Under the pieces are notes generated by a model, which saw nothing but the letters and a program-made list of their open reading frames with translations, was not told where the DNA came from and did not search any database. A program made the translations under genes and the position numbers. Below, piece by piece: positions 63,301-64,000 of a stretch of DNA of 64,000 bases. Origin of the DNA: Selaginella moellendorffii (Eukaryota; Plantae; Lycopodiophyta); contig NW_003314268.1 in assembly GCF_000143415.4 (NCBI RefSeq), positions 3,844,039-3,908,038 on the forward strand, written 5' to 3'. Every line of letters begins with the position of its first letter. The stretch's first letter is position 1.

Positions 63301-64000
63301 TAATGATCTCCGTTGTTCCTGGCTTGCAAAACGAGACTAGAAACATACCGATATTTGTTGCAAGGCCATTCTGTTTGAACAAGCTGTATATATCCGGGTT
63401 GATATACTTGGATGCTGTGCGGACAAGGTTCGTCTGCTGCAAACGGCAAAGGGGGATTTCTCTGATCAAGTCACAAGGGCCTGGCCACTTGAGCGCCTCA
63501 AGTGTTTGGTGAACTGCTTTTTCCCTTGTCCGCATAACAGTCTCTTGGAAGCGCTTGTCCACCACGTTGTCAGGAAGGTCTGCAACTCTTTCAGCTCCAG
63601 GCTGTTCCTCAGGCTCCCTATCGTGAACACCACTAGATTGCCCAACTTCAGGGATTTGCGTTGGTGGTGGTGGCGGGGGCAAAGGCAATAGTGGCAGTGG
63701 TGGTGGCAATGGTGGTGGTGGCGGTGGCGGCGGGGGCAGAGGCAATAGTGGTAGTGGTGGTGGCAATGGTGGTGGTGGCGGTGGCGATGGAGGTGGTGGA
63801 GGTGGTGATGGAGGTGGTGGAGGTGGCGATGGCGGTGGTGGAGGTGGTGATGGTGGAGGTGATGGTGGTGGAGGTGGTGAATCTCTATCTAAATGTGTCT
63901 CTGTTGTGCCAATGGACATGTCGATTGTGATGTCGTCGTCAGTACCAAATTGAACTTCTCGAGTCTTCTTGGCTCCAACAACCTTTTTCTGTGTTACAAT
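60391..64000 (-). pseudogene. Spliced poly-Pro + ParB/Srx + beta-class amino (N6-A/N4-C) DNA methyltransferase fusion gene with two in-frame stops; 5' end beyond the window
   Basis: Approximate exons >64000-63021, 62959-62758, 62702-62501, 62446-62082, 62034-61652, 61599-61507, 61459-61013, 60963-60605 and 60553-60391 join in frame. IIDGNHR 63161-63181; FILFDFPDG 61265-61291; PDGIVIDCTAGSGSMVEAARDSGRSVFAIE ~60667-60756; TAG at 63203 and 62381. Confidence 0.8.

Larger units (their letters stand above)
58198..64000. mobile_element. Second, distantly related element carrying a ParB-amino-methyltransferase gene (runs off the window end)
   Basis: Abrupt start GGGGATGGTCC followed by palindromic repeats, a homologous small ORF, tandem arrays and a ParB-MTase gene. 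No transposase lies inside the window, so mobile status is inferred. Confidence 0.5.

Noticed and set aside
63660-63880. Extensin gene or independent (GGT)n repeat
   Set aside because: It is the in-frame poly-Pro linker of the ParB-MTase gene, and no signal peptide is visible.
60391-64000. Bacterial contamination as the source of the ParB-MTase
   Set aside because: The gene has eight in-phase spliceosomal introns of the same size class as host genes and is contiguous with plant TEs.

Overview
Eukaryotic land-plant genomic DNA. The very short (~45-100 bp) GT-AG introns, tight gene packing and gene content point to a lycophyte such as Selaginella (inference). The left ~26 kb is gene-dense. It holds a SAM-domain Tim17/22-family protein (HP30/TRIC-like, 3' part only), a C-type lectin receptor kinase, a small 2S-albumin/prolamin-like secreted protein with RY boxes, a bulb-type lectin and its internally inverted pseudogene, a NIF/FCP1-like phosphatase, mitochondrial ribosomal protein mL59, an S28 serine carboxypeptidase, pectate lyase, RPL4, a TPR protein and an IQ-motif protein. 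The right ~36 kb is a nested transposon cluster. It contains a near-intact chromodomain Gypsy element (29261-36621) and a decayed Gypsy (38052-~42481). Next is a ~15.5 kb inverted pair of a large DNA element encoding a Sola-like DDD transposase and a divergent spliced ParB-like/degenerate methyltransferase/HAD gene, peppered with ~28 copies of a 22-bp palindrome. From 58198 a second, apparently related element carries a 9-exon gene fusing a ParB/Srx domain (IIDGNHR) to a beta-class amino (N6-A/N4-C) DNA methyltransferase. The best candidate for an undescribed system is this gene kit shared by two distinct elements: ParB + amino-MTase, a small SLPxSPYYTPG protein and element-specific repeat arrays. 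All assignments are by eye from motifs; no database search was run.
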